From Octopus bimaculoides (lineage: Eukaryota): 64,000 nucleotides of DNA. Positions 47,401 through 59,189 of this stretch are shown here, one piece after another (position 1 is the first letter of the stretch; each line of letters starts with the position of its first letter). Below the pieces are notes generated by a model. The model did not search any database and was not told the DNA's origin. It was given only the letters and a program-made list of their open reading frames with translations. The DNA is taken from contig NC_068997.1 of assembly GCF_001194135.2 (NCBI RefSeq), forward strand, positions 30,659,189 to 30,723,188, written 5' to 3'. A program made the position numbers and the translations under genes.

Positions 47401-48840
47401 GGCAATAACGGAGGAATTAAAGACAGGCTGCCCCTGGGAGCTCTTCTATGCTGATGACCTTGCTCTTATAGCTGAATTAGTACTTGAGCTAGAGAAGTTT
47501 CAGGTATGGAAACAAGGTCTAGAATCAAAGTGTAAGCTTTGGAAACACAAAAGGTGCAGTAACATCAAATGAAGTTTAAGAGAGAAACTAACTTTTGGAT
47601 GTGGAATGTGCACAGGCATAATAAATACTGAACATGAGTGGAAAACAGACTCCATGTACTGCCAGTGTGGCCAGCTAGATGTAGTAGATAGCTTCCAGTA
47701 TCTAGGCGACCCGGTTAGTAGTGGAGGTGGTTGTTCCGAGGGCCTAGTTGTGAGAATAAGACTAGGCTGGGCAAAGTTCAGAAAGCACTTACCCCAGCTA
47801 GCAATAAAGGGCCTCTCTCTCAGAGTGAAAGGAAGATTGCTTGATACCTCTGTGCGAACAGCTATGCTGCATGGCATTAAAACATGAGCTATGACAGCCA
47901 AGGACATGCGTGAGCTTGAGAGAAATGAAGTCAGTATGCTTCGCTGGATGTGCAATGTCAGTTTGCATGTTTGACAAAGTGTAAGCATCTTGAGAGAAAA
48001 GTTAGGCATAAGAGGCATTAGATGTGGTGTGCATGAGAGACGACTGTGCTGGTATGGTCATGTGATGCATGAGGACAGCTGTGTAAAGAAGTGCCGGTCT
48101 CTGTGGAGGGACCCTTGGTGAGGTAGACTTAGGAAGATATGGGATAAGGCAGTAAAGCATGATCTTCGAACTTTGAACCTCACAGAGGCAGTGTCTAGTG
48201 ATCGAGACCTTTGGCGATGTACTCTGTTTAAGAGGACTCATCAAGCCAAGTGCCCCCATTCTGGTGGTCTGGTGGCAAGTAAAAAAATTAAACTTTTGAA
48301 TGTTGGGCTCCATAGAGGCAAAGTAACTGAGTACTTTTCGAATGTTGGACATGACGGAAGTAAGGTGACTTAGTTCCTTTCGAGTGTTGGGCCTCATGGG
48401 GTGAGGTGGCTGTGCTCCTTTTGAACGGGCCTCACAGAGGCAAGGTGGCTGAGTTCCTCTCAAACGGGCCTCATGGAGGCGAGCTGGCTGAGTTCCTTTT
48501 GTGTGTTGGGTCTCATGGATGCAAAGTGGCTGAGCTCTTTTTGAGTGTTCGTCCTTACTGAGGCAATGACCAAGATCTTTGGCATTATGTGGTCCTTGAG
48601 AAAACCCATCAAGCCGAGTAATTTCACAGTCGAGGCAGATACCAGTGTCAAGCAAATGCCAGTGGCACGTAAAAGCACCCATTACACTCTCTGAGTGGTT
48701 GGCGTTAGTCAGGGCAACCAGCCATAGAAAACCATGCCAAATCAGACTGGAGTCTAGTGCAGCCTTCCAGCCCAGTCAAACCGTCCAACTCATGACAACA
48801 TGGACAACAGACGTTAAATGATGATGGCAATGATGATGAT
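44490..48840 (+). mobile_element. RTE LINE (EN-RT-3'UTR) with two nested RTE 3'-end insertions (44690-45260 minus; 45670-46240 plus)
   Basis: EN IISAYTQQAG...GDFNGHV...QIDFIL is split by the insertions; RT MQFGFVP, LAFVDLLKAFDKV, FYADDL; (GAT)n tails. Confidence 0.9.
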
Positions 48841-50633
48841 ACAACAGTACCAATAAAAATGGGTTATTATTAAATAAATATATCAAATCATTTCCATATA
48901 TATTTAGTGCTTCAGTGAAATTATGTCCGATGTGGTCTCAGCCATTTAGGATAAGAATCAAACTGACTAGATTCATTGTTACTTTGCAATTCATCAAGAA
49001 CCACAGAATCCATATAGCTATTATTACTTCTCTTTATTCATTCCTAACCTATAGTGTAGTAATTATTATTCAGCCATCAACCTTTTACTATGATGCAAAT
49101 CAGTTATGACAAGATACATACATGTTTACATTTTAACAAATAACAAACTAAAGTTTGACAAAAAAATATAACAAAGTCAGCATATTAAGTTGTTTGGAAA
49201 ATGAATAAGTTATCAAAGCTTCAAGTATAAGCCCTTCTTTTTTTTAGGAAAGAAGAGAGAAATTAAAGTAAAACTGTATATCATTTCATTGATGGCAACA
49301 GACACAAGTAGTGAGTAGATGGTTTATATGGGTTTTAATAGAAAAAAGTAGAGATTTATTGTAGTTTGTTTTTTGCACAGGTCATGCCTGATTGAGGAGT
49401 CATACAACACACAAATAGTTTAGCAAACAATAAGGAAATGAGACAGAGATTCACCTTCCCAGTTCTACCATGTCTCCATTTGAGATCGCAGCACACATGC
49501 ACACTTTGACATTCAATTACGAAATGTATGGTATGTAGCATAGCAGTCTGGAAATATTGCAATCAATGCTGGTGAGCAAACAGTTTTTCAAGCTGCCATG
49601 TCTATGTAGTGTACTAGAACATCACTTTCAGAATCTAATTTCACAAATAGAATCCGTTGGTCATCCATTCTCTCACACATGATTTCAATTTCTTCCTACA
49701 CAAACTTTCCTTACCTCATAAATACAAATAGAGAGATTCATATGCTGACAACATAAGCACTCACATCTACCAAGATTTTTTAAGATAGTGCAGCATAACT
49801 ATTTCAATCCTTCTTGAAGTTCTAAGGGACCTGGCCCCACAATGGTCTCATGAGAAATACTCTGTCCCTTTCTCATTCAGGAAGTCATTCTTAGATAGAG
49901 TGAAGTACATGAAGTGGAAAATTTTAAGCAGGATCAAGCGGTCAACATTGGAAAGCTGTAAGTCATTGAGTTGAGTCACTAAGACATGTAAAGTTGAGAC
50001 AAGTGTAAATATAATTGGTCAACATGCCGGTGGAGATTACAGATGTCTCCAATACCACACTTCATCCTGCAGCCAAATTCTTTATGAACAATGATTGTGT
50101 AGTGACGGCTAATACCAGTCGCCATTTTGGGAAGTTCGTCCACGCATGCGCAGGGACATGTCTTCCGGAAGGCATGCAGGAAGTCCCTCATGCGCATGCT
50201 TGGTCATCCTATATCAAAGCATTCCCGCCTTTTCTTGACCTCTTCGCACTGGAGCTTCGAAGACACAGGACCACTAAGAGCCGCTCTGTAACTCTGCCTT
50301 TGAGTCAACGCAAACTTCTTCGGAGGCTGAAGAATGACTTAATCAACTAGCGTCGACACTGTCTTCACACCAACCATAAAGGATGACCTGGCAATTCCGT
50401 TACCTGAGATGTAGGCTGAGCACTTCATAATAAATATTTGTTATGTTGTTATTCAATTTATCCAGCATGTTCATTTTTATTGAAGAGAATTGATTTGTAC
50501 GGGATAGGGTTACCCAATGATGGTGGCCCTATAACCTACAATTGATTTTGCTTTTGGATGCATCCATCTACAGCCAGGATTATACATTGATTAATTTTCC
50601 ACTAATTCTTTACTTTCTTTTTTCAACTCCCCT

Positions 50634-50674
50634 CTATATCTGATTAACTGTGCCTTTATAGGTGTTATCTCCCA
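50634..50674 (-). CDS. Candidate exon X6, copy 3 (GDNTYKGTVNQI*)
   Basis: ttttaaaatcccag| acceptor; aligns with 485-579. Confidence 0.25.
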
Positions 50675-50789
50675 CTGGGATTTTAAAAAATCTATTTCTA
50701 TTTTTTTCCAACTCCTTCCCTCATTTCCCAACCACCACATATGCACGTACATACACATTCACACTACTTGAATCTTATAACAATGTTGA

Positions 50790-52560
50790 TCGGTTATTGT
50801 GAGCAATGACCAAGGACATCACATGGGATGGACGGATACATTACAGAGTCTCTGGCCATGAGTGGCGAGTCGTATTGTTGCTCAGAAGGCTCTGCAAAAA
50901 AATAGCTCTACACTATTCACAGTTCATGTCTTTATTGTGCCCAGGTATGTTAACTTATCAACAACCTTCAGCGTTTCTCCTTCGACAGTGATAGTTGGTT
51001 CCACATATGGCTTCCATGGGACAGGTTAGTGCATTAAGTCTGTCTTCTGAATACTGATTGTGAGGCCAATGTTGTCTGATGTAGTGGAAAAGCAGTTCAT
51101 GCTGTGCTGTATCTGGGCCTCTGTGGTGGCGTAGAGTGTGCAGTCATTTACAAAAGAAAGGCACACACTAAATCCTCTTTTCCCTTCATCTTGGCCAGTA
51201 GTCTCCGCAGGTTGAAGTGTCAGTCATCAATCTGATCTTGACACTGATTTCATTTCATCCATGTTGTGGAAAGTATCCAACAACATGGCCAAGACCATCA
51301 TGCTGAACAGGGAAGGTGTGAGTACACAGCATTGCTTGACTCCATTAATAACTGGAAATGCATCAGAAGAATCTCTATCATCCAGTTCTCGAATGAGAAC
51401 GCCATCATGAAACTGACGTAACATGCTGATGAATTTGTCTGGGCAGCTCAACTTTCTCATGATCTCCCATAGTCCCTCGTAACTGATGGTGTCAAAGGCC
51501 TTGTTTAAGTCCACAAATGTTGTGTATATATCCTTGTTTTGCTTCTGATATTTCTCCAGAAGTTGGCGTGCTGTAAAAACCATATCAACTGTCTCTTGGC
51601 CATCTTTCAATCCGCATTGACTGTCTCACAGATGACCAGCTTCCGTATAATGAGTGGGGTTAAGGATCGAAGGCAAGGAGAGAAATTCCTCGATAGTTGT
51701 GACAGGAACACTTACTTACCTTTCTCTTCTAGAGAGTGACAATAGATATATACTTAACACTCTGGGAAAATAATTTCTTGTTGCCACATGGTCTGAGAGA
51801 GCTTGGCGAGCTTCTATGACAAGACTGGTACACCTAGTATATATATTTCAGCTTGGATGGAGTCAGAGGATGGTGACTTTGCCATTAGAGAGAAATTTAA
51901 TTACTTCCTGGACCTCTGCTTTTGTTGGAGGTTCTGCCAGAAAAGTGTTGATGACAACTTGGGGCATATGCAGGCAATGGCTTCGGCTTTATAAAGGAAG
52001 GCCCTTTCAGGACGTTGTTGAAGCATGCTGCTCACCTATTCAGGTAGAATAATTTTGTCAGGAACAAGCAGTGTTGATGTTTTGGAGGACTGTGGCCCAA
52101 AGATGGCTTATAGGACATCGTAGAAGCACTTAGATTTGTTGCTGTCAGTGTATCTCTATATCTCATCTGCTTTGTTGCTGAGCCAGAAATCCTTTTCCCT
52201 CTGAGCTTTATGTGCACTTTGCTTTTGTGATATTCTAAGCTGATTTCTAGGAGGTCAATGTTTTGTCTTGTTGACAGACTCTGTACTCTTCATGCTTCTC
52301 ACCAAGTAACTTCTGAATTTCCTCATCATTGCTGTCGGACCAGTTTTAGTGTTTATACAGGTTCTGGCTTTGATGAATGATCCAGGGCTACATAGCACAT
52401 CCCCGAACGCCAACCAGTCATCTTCTATCCACTCTGTACCAACATCAAGTTGGCTCATCTTGCTGTCCAGGCTGTCTATTGCTGAGATTCTGTTGCACAT
52501 TGTGCTGTTCCAATTTGCTGACACTTAGCCGCCTACTTGCCTGCTTTGCTTGTGGTCGAT
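50790..52560 (-). mobile_element. Decayed RTE (BovB-like) RT
   Basis: DMVFTARQLLEK, FVDLNKAFDTI, NGVKQCCVLTPSLF. Confidence 0.85.
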
Positions 52561-52667
52561 GCCTGGACAGGATGTGCATGTCTCCTACCCTTAAAATTAT
52601 TTTTGCTGAGGTGAACGAAGACCAGAATTTCTTATATACTGGATTTCATGTTTTAATTACTGCTTAC

Positions 52668-52701
52668 CCTCAGCATCTTTGGAAGGAGAAGATACTGGAA
52701 T
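52668..52701 (-). CDS. Candidate micro-exon X5, copy 3 (AAG ATG CTG AGG|GTAAGC)
   Basis: AG acceptor, 34 nt, GTAAGC donor, as in 1112-1145. Confidence 0.5.
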
Positions 52702-52922
52702 CTATTAATTTATTAAGTAACAATAAAACTAGACAGCCTAAAATCATAAGTTTGATGTAACCTTTTGAGACCTATTCATAATTAAAATAATATAAGAAAA
52801 TGCAATAAAGTGAATATTACAATTTAGGTATGCTGTAGTGGCTATCATTCATCACCCATGATGAAGTCAGTTTAGTTTCAACACAAAACCTTAGATCAAA
52901 TCTCTTGCCTGAAATGTAGTAA

Positions 52923-52954
<32 letters not shown>

Positions 52955-52956
52955 GC

Positions 52957-53001
<45 letters not shown>

Positions 53002-53135
53002 TTTCTCACTGAGTTCACAAACTAGCTTCAGCTTCTGTTTAATTTGCATAAATCTGTTCCTTATATAATAAAGAAATCAATATCACAAAATCTAAATTTT
53101 TTCACCTGTCAAAAAGTTTATTATTGTTAGAATTA

Positions 53136-55524
53136 CACCGGTCAACAAAATATTTGTCCCAAGAGAAAGAATACCTACATCTAATATATTTTTTTTATGC
53201 AGAATTCAAAAATAATGTCAAATTAAATGTATCATTCAGTTTCTCTGTTGCACGATATTCTGCTCAGTTCCTGTTATGTGAGCTAAATTTCTGTTAAGCT
53301 GCTGAAATATGAAGCTAGCAGTTTCAGAAATACTCCTAATTTAAATGTGTATGAATAGAATTAAGCTAATGAAATCCTAAATCTAGCTATCTGAGTTAAT
53401 GAGTCACCGAAGCTTGGCAACACCGAGTCGATGAGTTACTGATGCTTTGTCAGTACTGTGCTTGAAGTGTAGGCGTGCAGTTATGTACTAAGTTCACATA
53501 TTCCATTCAACTTCATATTTCCAAGAAACTGTATAAACATCACAAACAACTTTTGTTATATTTGTGATGATTTAACATTCAAGTCATAAAGATAGCATTT
53601 CACACCACTGATTAAAAAGCACTATGAACATTATTTCGACTGCAAAGTGGATGATCAGGATAAAAGCTGGGCCTCTTCATGTGTTTTATGTAACCTCTGT
53701 CAGGCTTTTCACTGTATAGGTCAAAAGTTTACGCCATATGCCTTTTGCCACCCCTATGATTTGGAGAGAGTCCAAAGATCACATTTCAGATTGCTACTTC
53801 TGCATGACGAATATACAAGGTGTAACATCAAAATCCAAGCATACTATAAAATATCCTCATTTACAATCTGCTATGAGACAAGTACTTCACAGTCAACACT
53901 TACCTGCACCTGATCCTCCAAAACTAAGGACACTTAGTGATGATGATTCAAGTGATGAAGATATGGAAAAGAAACAGAAGACTTTGAGCCTAACCATTCT
54001 TCAAGTGAACCACATTTGTTGAATCAGGGAGATCTGAATGATTTTGTGTGGGATTTAAATTCGCCGAAAAACGCCTTGGTTTCAGGTAAAATGCTGAAAT
54101 CTTCTCAAGAGACTATAGTTACTTTTTAATGTACTCAATATTGTAATTTTGCAAATTTTTTCTCACTTCAGGATGGTATGGTGTTTTGTAATGATGTATA
54201 TTGTTAGGGAGGAACTTAACCACAAATATAGCACGAATGAGTGGCATTTGCCTCCACAAAGTAAGCTTGAAAGCAGTTTTACTCCACAATGGAAATAAGT
54301 TTCCTCCTGTTCCTCTGCCGATGCAGCTAGCATGAAAGAAACATATAAGAGTATGAAACTTCGGTTGCAAAAAATTAAGTATGAAGAACATAAGTGGAAT
54401 ATTTGTGGTGACCTAAAGGTTGTGGCACTTTTATTTGGAATGCAGTTGGGTTACATCAAGTTTTGTCACTTTCTTTGTGAGTGGGACAGTCAAGATATGA
54501 AAAATCATTATGAAAAAAGAATGTGCGGCCAAAATGATCTCTAACTCCTGGACAGTAGAATGTCATTAATCTTCCCCTTGTTGATTCTGAGAAACTTTAT
54601 CTGTCTTCTTTGCATATTAAGCCAGGGTTGATGAAGAATTTTATCAAAGTTATGGATAGAACTGGTAAGGAATCCACGTATTTTGAAAACTAAATTTCCA
54701 AGAGTAAGTGATGGAAAAAATCAAGGAAAGTTATTTTTGTTGAGCCACAGACTAGGGAGCTGTTGAGAAACCAAAAATTTGATGAAGAGCTTAATGATGT
54801 TGAAAAAGCTGCATGACTGTCATTTAAGAGAGTTTTGGGGGAATCACAGAGCAGAGAACTATTCTGATATTGTGAAAGAGCTAGTGACATCGTACAAGGT
54901 CTTGAGATGCAATATGAGCCTAAAAAGCCACATCTTGAACTCTCACTTGGAATTTTTTCCTGCAAACCTTGGGCTATCAGTGATGAGCATGGTGAGATGC
55001 TTCACCAGGACATTCTGAACACGGAAACCCGGTTCCAAGGAAAGTGAAGCTCTTCTATGTTTGCTGATTATTGTTGGTCACTAAAAAAGGATGTTCCAGA
55101 AGCTAAATACAGTCAAAAATCATACACTTCTACTTTTTAAAGATGTTTTCTTGTAATATCAGCCTGATTTTTGAATTCATGAAATACAATTTTTCAACAA
55201 TTTACATATACTATCACGGAAAAACTATGGCTTATAGAAAAAGTTTGAAAACACACTTGAATTCTATGGATAAAATGTTATTAATTTCATCTACTTTTGT
55301 TTGGGGGACCAAATTTTTCATTAATTCTGTTGACCAATTATAATTGTCATCCTTATTTCTGCATTAATATGGCACATTTATTGTATAATTTAATTACTTT
55401 GTTACGTAAAAACCATAGCTGAGAGAATGATTCTAAAACATTCGAAATCTGCATTAAAAGTACTATAAACTTCATTTTCTTTAGTTCGTGGGACAGTAAA
55501 AAATTTGAATTTTGTTGATCAGTG
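53136..55524 (+). mobile_element. Chapaev3-like (CMC) DNA transposon, decayed transposase
   Basis: TIRs CACCGGTCAACAAAAT / ATTTTGTTGATCAGTG; flanks tta/ttg; DQDKSWA, MIWRESKDHISDCYFC, WNICGDLKVVALL, CNMSLKSH, SDEHGEMLHQDI. The family name is from recall. Confidence 0.8.
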
Positions 55525-55857
55525 TTGTTAATGCAATAACTGCCTTAAGAGACATGAGCATAGAGAAATAATGGATTGTTATACCAAATATATATATTTT
55601 GTGCCTTCTGTTGATTTCCGTCCTTCTACTATTCATAAATAATACCAATGTTCTAATGGAGTAAGATTTGGAAGTGTAGCAATTTAGTATACATATCCAG
55701 CTTAGTATGAGAAAAAAATTTACAAGAAAATCAACAATCAACTTTTATTAACAATTATCTCCCTTGCTCATTGCTTTGAAATTATAGACATTTCCAGGAG
55801 AGGTTTTTGCCTAGTAATAACTGAGATAATCTCAACTGATCAGAAATCTCTAATTAC

Positions 55858-55871
55858 TGGGATAATCTCAG
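55858..55871 (-). CDS. Candidate exon X4, copy 3, with a degenerate duplicate at 55822-55835
   Basis: gatcag|CTGAGATTATCCCA|GTAATT. Confidence 0.4.
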
Positions 55872-55985
55872 CTGATCCCCTATACACCATAACTGGAACC
55901 CTGCTATAAATATATGTATATTAATACTTATATATTAACAAATACTTATATATTAACAGATTTAGGGATATATTTCTTGCATTAC

Positions 55986-56017
55986 CTCTCTTCATCCGAG
56001 TTGTCCATTTCGTCTTC
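55986..56017 (-). CDS. Micro-exon X3, copy 3 (EDEMDNSDEE; alternative frame KTKWTTRMKR)
   Basis: ttttaatttcag| acceptor, 32 nt, |GTAATG donor. Confidence 0.65.
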
Positions 56018-56589
56018 CTGAAATTAAAACATGATATTGAACGTTAGAAGGAAAGACAAAAATCCAACTTCTTACAACAAATTATAGAGAAGACATGACT
56101 GAATATAAATAATACAACATGTGAGAGTAGTGACAATTATCTGATGGAGATTATGTAATCCATATTATCACAGTTACACATGATTTCTTTTTTTCTTATT
56201 TATAGTTTTAGCATGGTACACTGGCTTTGACATAGGATTTGAATGGATGAAATCTTCTAACTAGAAACCGTGTCAAATGATGATATGAGAATTTTTATTT
56301 AATCAGTTTAAACATTTGTGTAAAATTCAAAGTCATATGAGACTTAGAAATGTATACAATACCCCACTACTAGCTTTAAAAATTACTAAAAAGAAGACAC
56401 CAAAGAGTGTAAATAGAGAACAATTAAAAAGTCAGGTTATTGAATAGTCATGTAATTTTCATGTATTTGACGATTTTTTATTTGATGGACCTTCATAGAA
56501 AATTGCACCTACAGCCCTGATTAACATTTTAAAATCAATATTCCAAACAACCTCTCTCTCAGACTGCTAATAACTGCAACTGGAACAAA

Positions 56590-56667
56590 TCATTCCATAA
56601 GGCATCTGAATAATTCCCAGAAGAACACAATCATAATTCCATATAAGATATTCCTGATAGAATATAG
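56590..56667 (-). CDS. Candidate terminal exon X2, copy 3 (LYSIRNILYGIMIVFFWELFRCLME*)
   Basis: tttgtttcag| acceptor; TGG in place of the TGA seen in the other copies; AATAAA at 56294-56299. Confidence 0.35.
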   Translation of the reverse strand, partial: LYSIRNILYGIMIVFFWELFRCLME

Positions 56668-57799
56668 CTGAAACAAATATTGAGCAGTCAAAGTCCTTGT
56701 ATGTTAACTTTGCACTGTATCTGATTCATTTCATACATTGACAGGTCTGGTTGATATATTAGAGATAAACATAGATATACATTTCACTTTAATTTACATA
56801 AAATTTAGATCCTGATACATATGAGTAATTTAGTCATATTCCAATGAAAAGCACAAAGACACATTCACTAAACCTATCAAGAAAATATTCCACCCACACA
56901 ATAAACAAATTAGAGAATGTATCTGAAAGACTGATGGCTACTAAAGCAACATGGCCTCACCATCTCTGAGGACCTCTCTTAACAAACAGACATATATCTT
57001 GCATAGAAGGAATAATACTGAATAAACTGGTATTCTTCTTCTTCAGAACCAAACAATATTTCATCCCCATCAACTCTACAGATCCTCTATAAAGCACAGA
57101 TGAAACCTTCAAATATATAGTTCTCACATACTTGAGATAGTACTGTTGCTACACAAAGTGACATCCTGGAACATATGAAAAGAAAAGTCCCATGACTGAT
57201 TAATTAGAAGGCATTTGCTTAATGTCTAATCCAGAGTCATGCAGACTCTTCTCTCTCTCTGTGCATTTTTGCCATTATTGCTGTGGCTTTATAATAACCA
57301 TTACAAAGCATAATAACACAGAAAATAATAATCACCGAATTTCTACGATGTGGTGGAGGGCTACACTAAAGGAGTTATGAAAAGTGTCATACTCTAGCAT
57401 ACCCATGTCGTCAAAAATGCAGGTAATTTTATTAATGATACAAAATGGCACATCAACACAGTAGGAGAAAACATTGATAAATATCAACTATCTAATAAAT
57501 GTATGTACACACACACAATTGAAGCATTTGAAGAATAATATACGGTTGTAAAATTTGGTTGAAAATAACTTCCACATGATACGTGTATATGTGTGTGTGC
57601 GCATAGGTATGTTATAAGGTATTTCTCCAAATGTTTACTGTTTTCCTTACGGGTTTTGAAAAATTGGTTAATTTCAGCGGTTAGCATATAAATTCTGTTA
57701 TAATAGCTTTATTCCAAATAGAAAATCCTTAAACCGTATATGTTTCCTGGAGTATTAATATAAACAACAACAACAATAATAATAGTGATGATGATGATG

Positions 57800-58239
57800 A
57801 TGATGATGATGACAATATTCTGCCCAATACCAAAGATCTGCTTGTCAGTTGTTTGGCCATAACCAGTTGAGTATGTCCCTTAGTGGCTGACGTTATGTGC
57901 ATCTCTAATCACAACCTGAAGTAGTGTGATTAGTGTGCATCATAACCATGTGTTGAGAGGAATTCTTTGGGGTTTGAATAATTCACCTCTGGAAACATGG
58001 GTGTTTCATTCAATATCCTTAAACAACCTTTCGAGCGGGAATGGCTACTCAACCTGAAGAAAATTCTAACCTGCAAGGTCATGCACTGTTAATCTTGGTT
58101 AGATCACTATATTGGGCACATGTGATTGTAATGCATGTGCTTGGTGTACCCTTATCAGATGGGTAGTCATGGTGGGTATACTGGGCTTCGTATATTTTAC
58201 TCCAGTGTCACTTTGATCGCATGCATTGCTCTCTCACTC

Positions 58240-58265
<26 letters not shown>
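57800..58265 (+). repeat. Retro-derived dispersed repeat with (AAT)n tail
   Basis: Bounded by (GAT)n and (AAT)n runs. Family not identified. Confidence 0.45.
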
Positions 58266-58270
<5 letters not shown>

Positions 58271-58746
58271 ATGATGAAGTAGCGTTTCATGAATTTTAAT
58301 TTTGATTGAAATACAGCTTAATATTGACCTACATATATTTCCATTACATCGGTTAGTAGGCGTTGTAATTGAAACTTTACTGGTGCATTTTCTTGCACCA
58401 GTAACTTTACTGTTCCTTGAGGGTTTTCATTGTAATATCCTTTCAGATCCAACTGCTTTGAGTTTTATGTAAATTTTAGTATTACGTTAAATAAAGAAGT
58501 ACTGAACTTTAATTCAGACGCGAACTTTATTTTGAATTCCAAGAATTGATTGGATAATTACTTGTTTGTTTCTTTGAGTTATTTCAAAATATTTCGTTTG
58601 ATTTATTATATTATGGTTGTTTAATTATTTAGAACTTGTCTAAAAGTTAATTTCTTTTTGTATCTAAACAACTTAAATCTCGCTCGTCTAGAAATTTTAT
58701 ATTGTATTTTTTGCTAAAATTTTTCTATGCATAGATCATATTTAGT

Positions 58747-59050
58747 GGAGGAGCAATGGCCCAGTGGTTAGGGCAGCGGACTCGCGGTCATAGGATCGCG
58801 GTTTCGATTCCCAGACCGGGCGTTGTGAGTGTTTATTGAGCGAAAACACCTAAAGCTCCACGAGGGGATGGTGGCGAACCCTGCTGTACTCTTTCACCAC
58901 AACTTTCTCTCACTCTTACTTCTTGTTTCTGTTGTGCCTGTAATTCAAAAAGGTCAGCCTTGTCACGCTGAATATCCCCGAGTGTGTCTGTTCCGTTGTT
59001 CGGATCAACTGGAACCGTTGACGTCGTAAGCGACGGAGTGCGAACAACAC
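58747..59050 (+). mobile_element. tRNA-derived SINE, same head as 29216-29523 but a different tail
   Basis: A and B boxes; aligns with the 29216 copy until about 58925, then diverges. Confidence 0.85.
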
Positions 59051-59189
59051 TCCCTAGTCTATAAGGGTTAACGGTACTAATTAATTCCCCGTTGATAGTA
59101 TAGTCCTTGTTTCTGTCTTTAATAGACCAGGTTATCTTATTTAGATTAGTTTGGAAGTTTTTATTTCTATCTTTAAACGAATTTAAGTG

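Larger units (their letters stand above)
48900..56700 (-). repeat. Tandem segmental unit, copy 3, expanded by TE insertions
   Basis: Collinear blocks match 60-500, 520-680, 1040-1350 and 1370-2370. Interrupted at 49476, 50790 and 53136. Confidence 0.85.

Noticed and set aside
56959-57090. Minus-strand exon candidate ending GATG|GTGAGG
   Set aside because: The only open frame is not phase-compatible with a sustained downstream ORF, and there is no paralog support.
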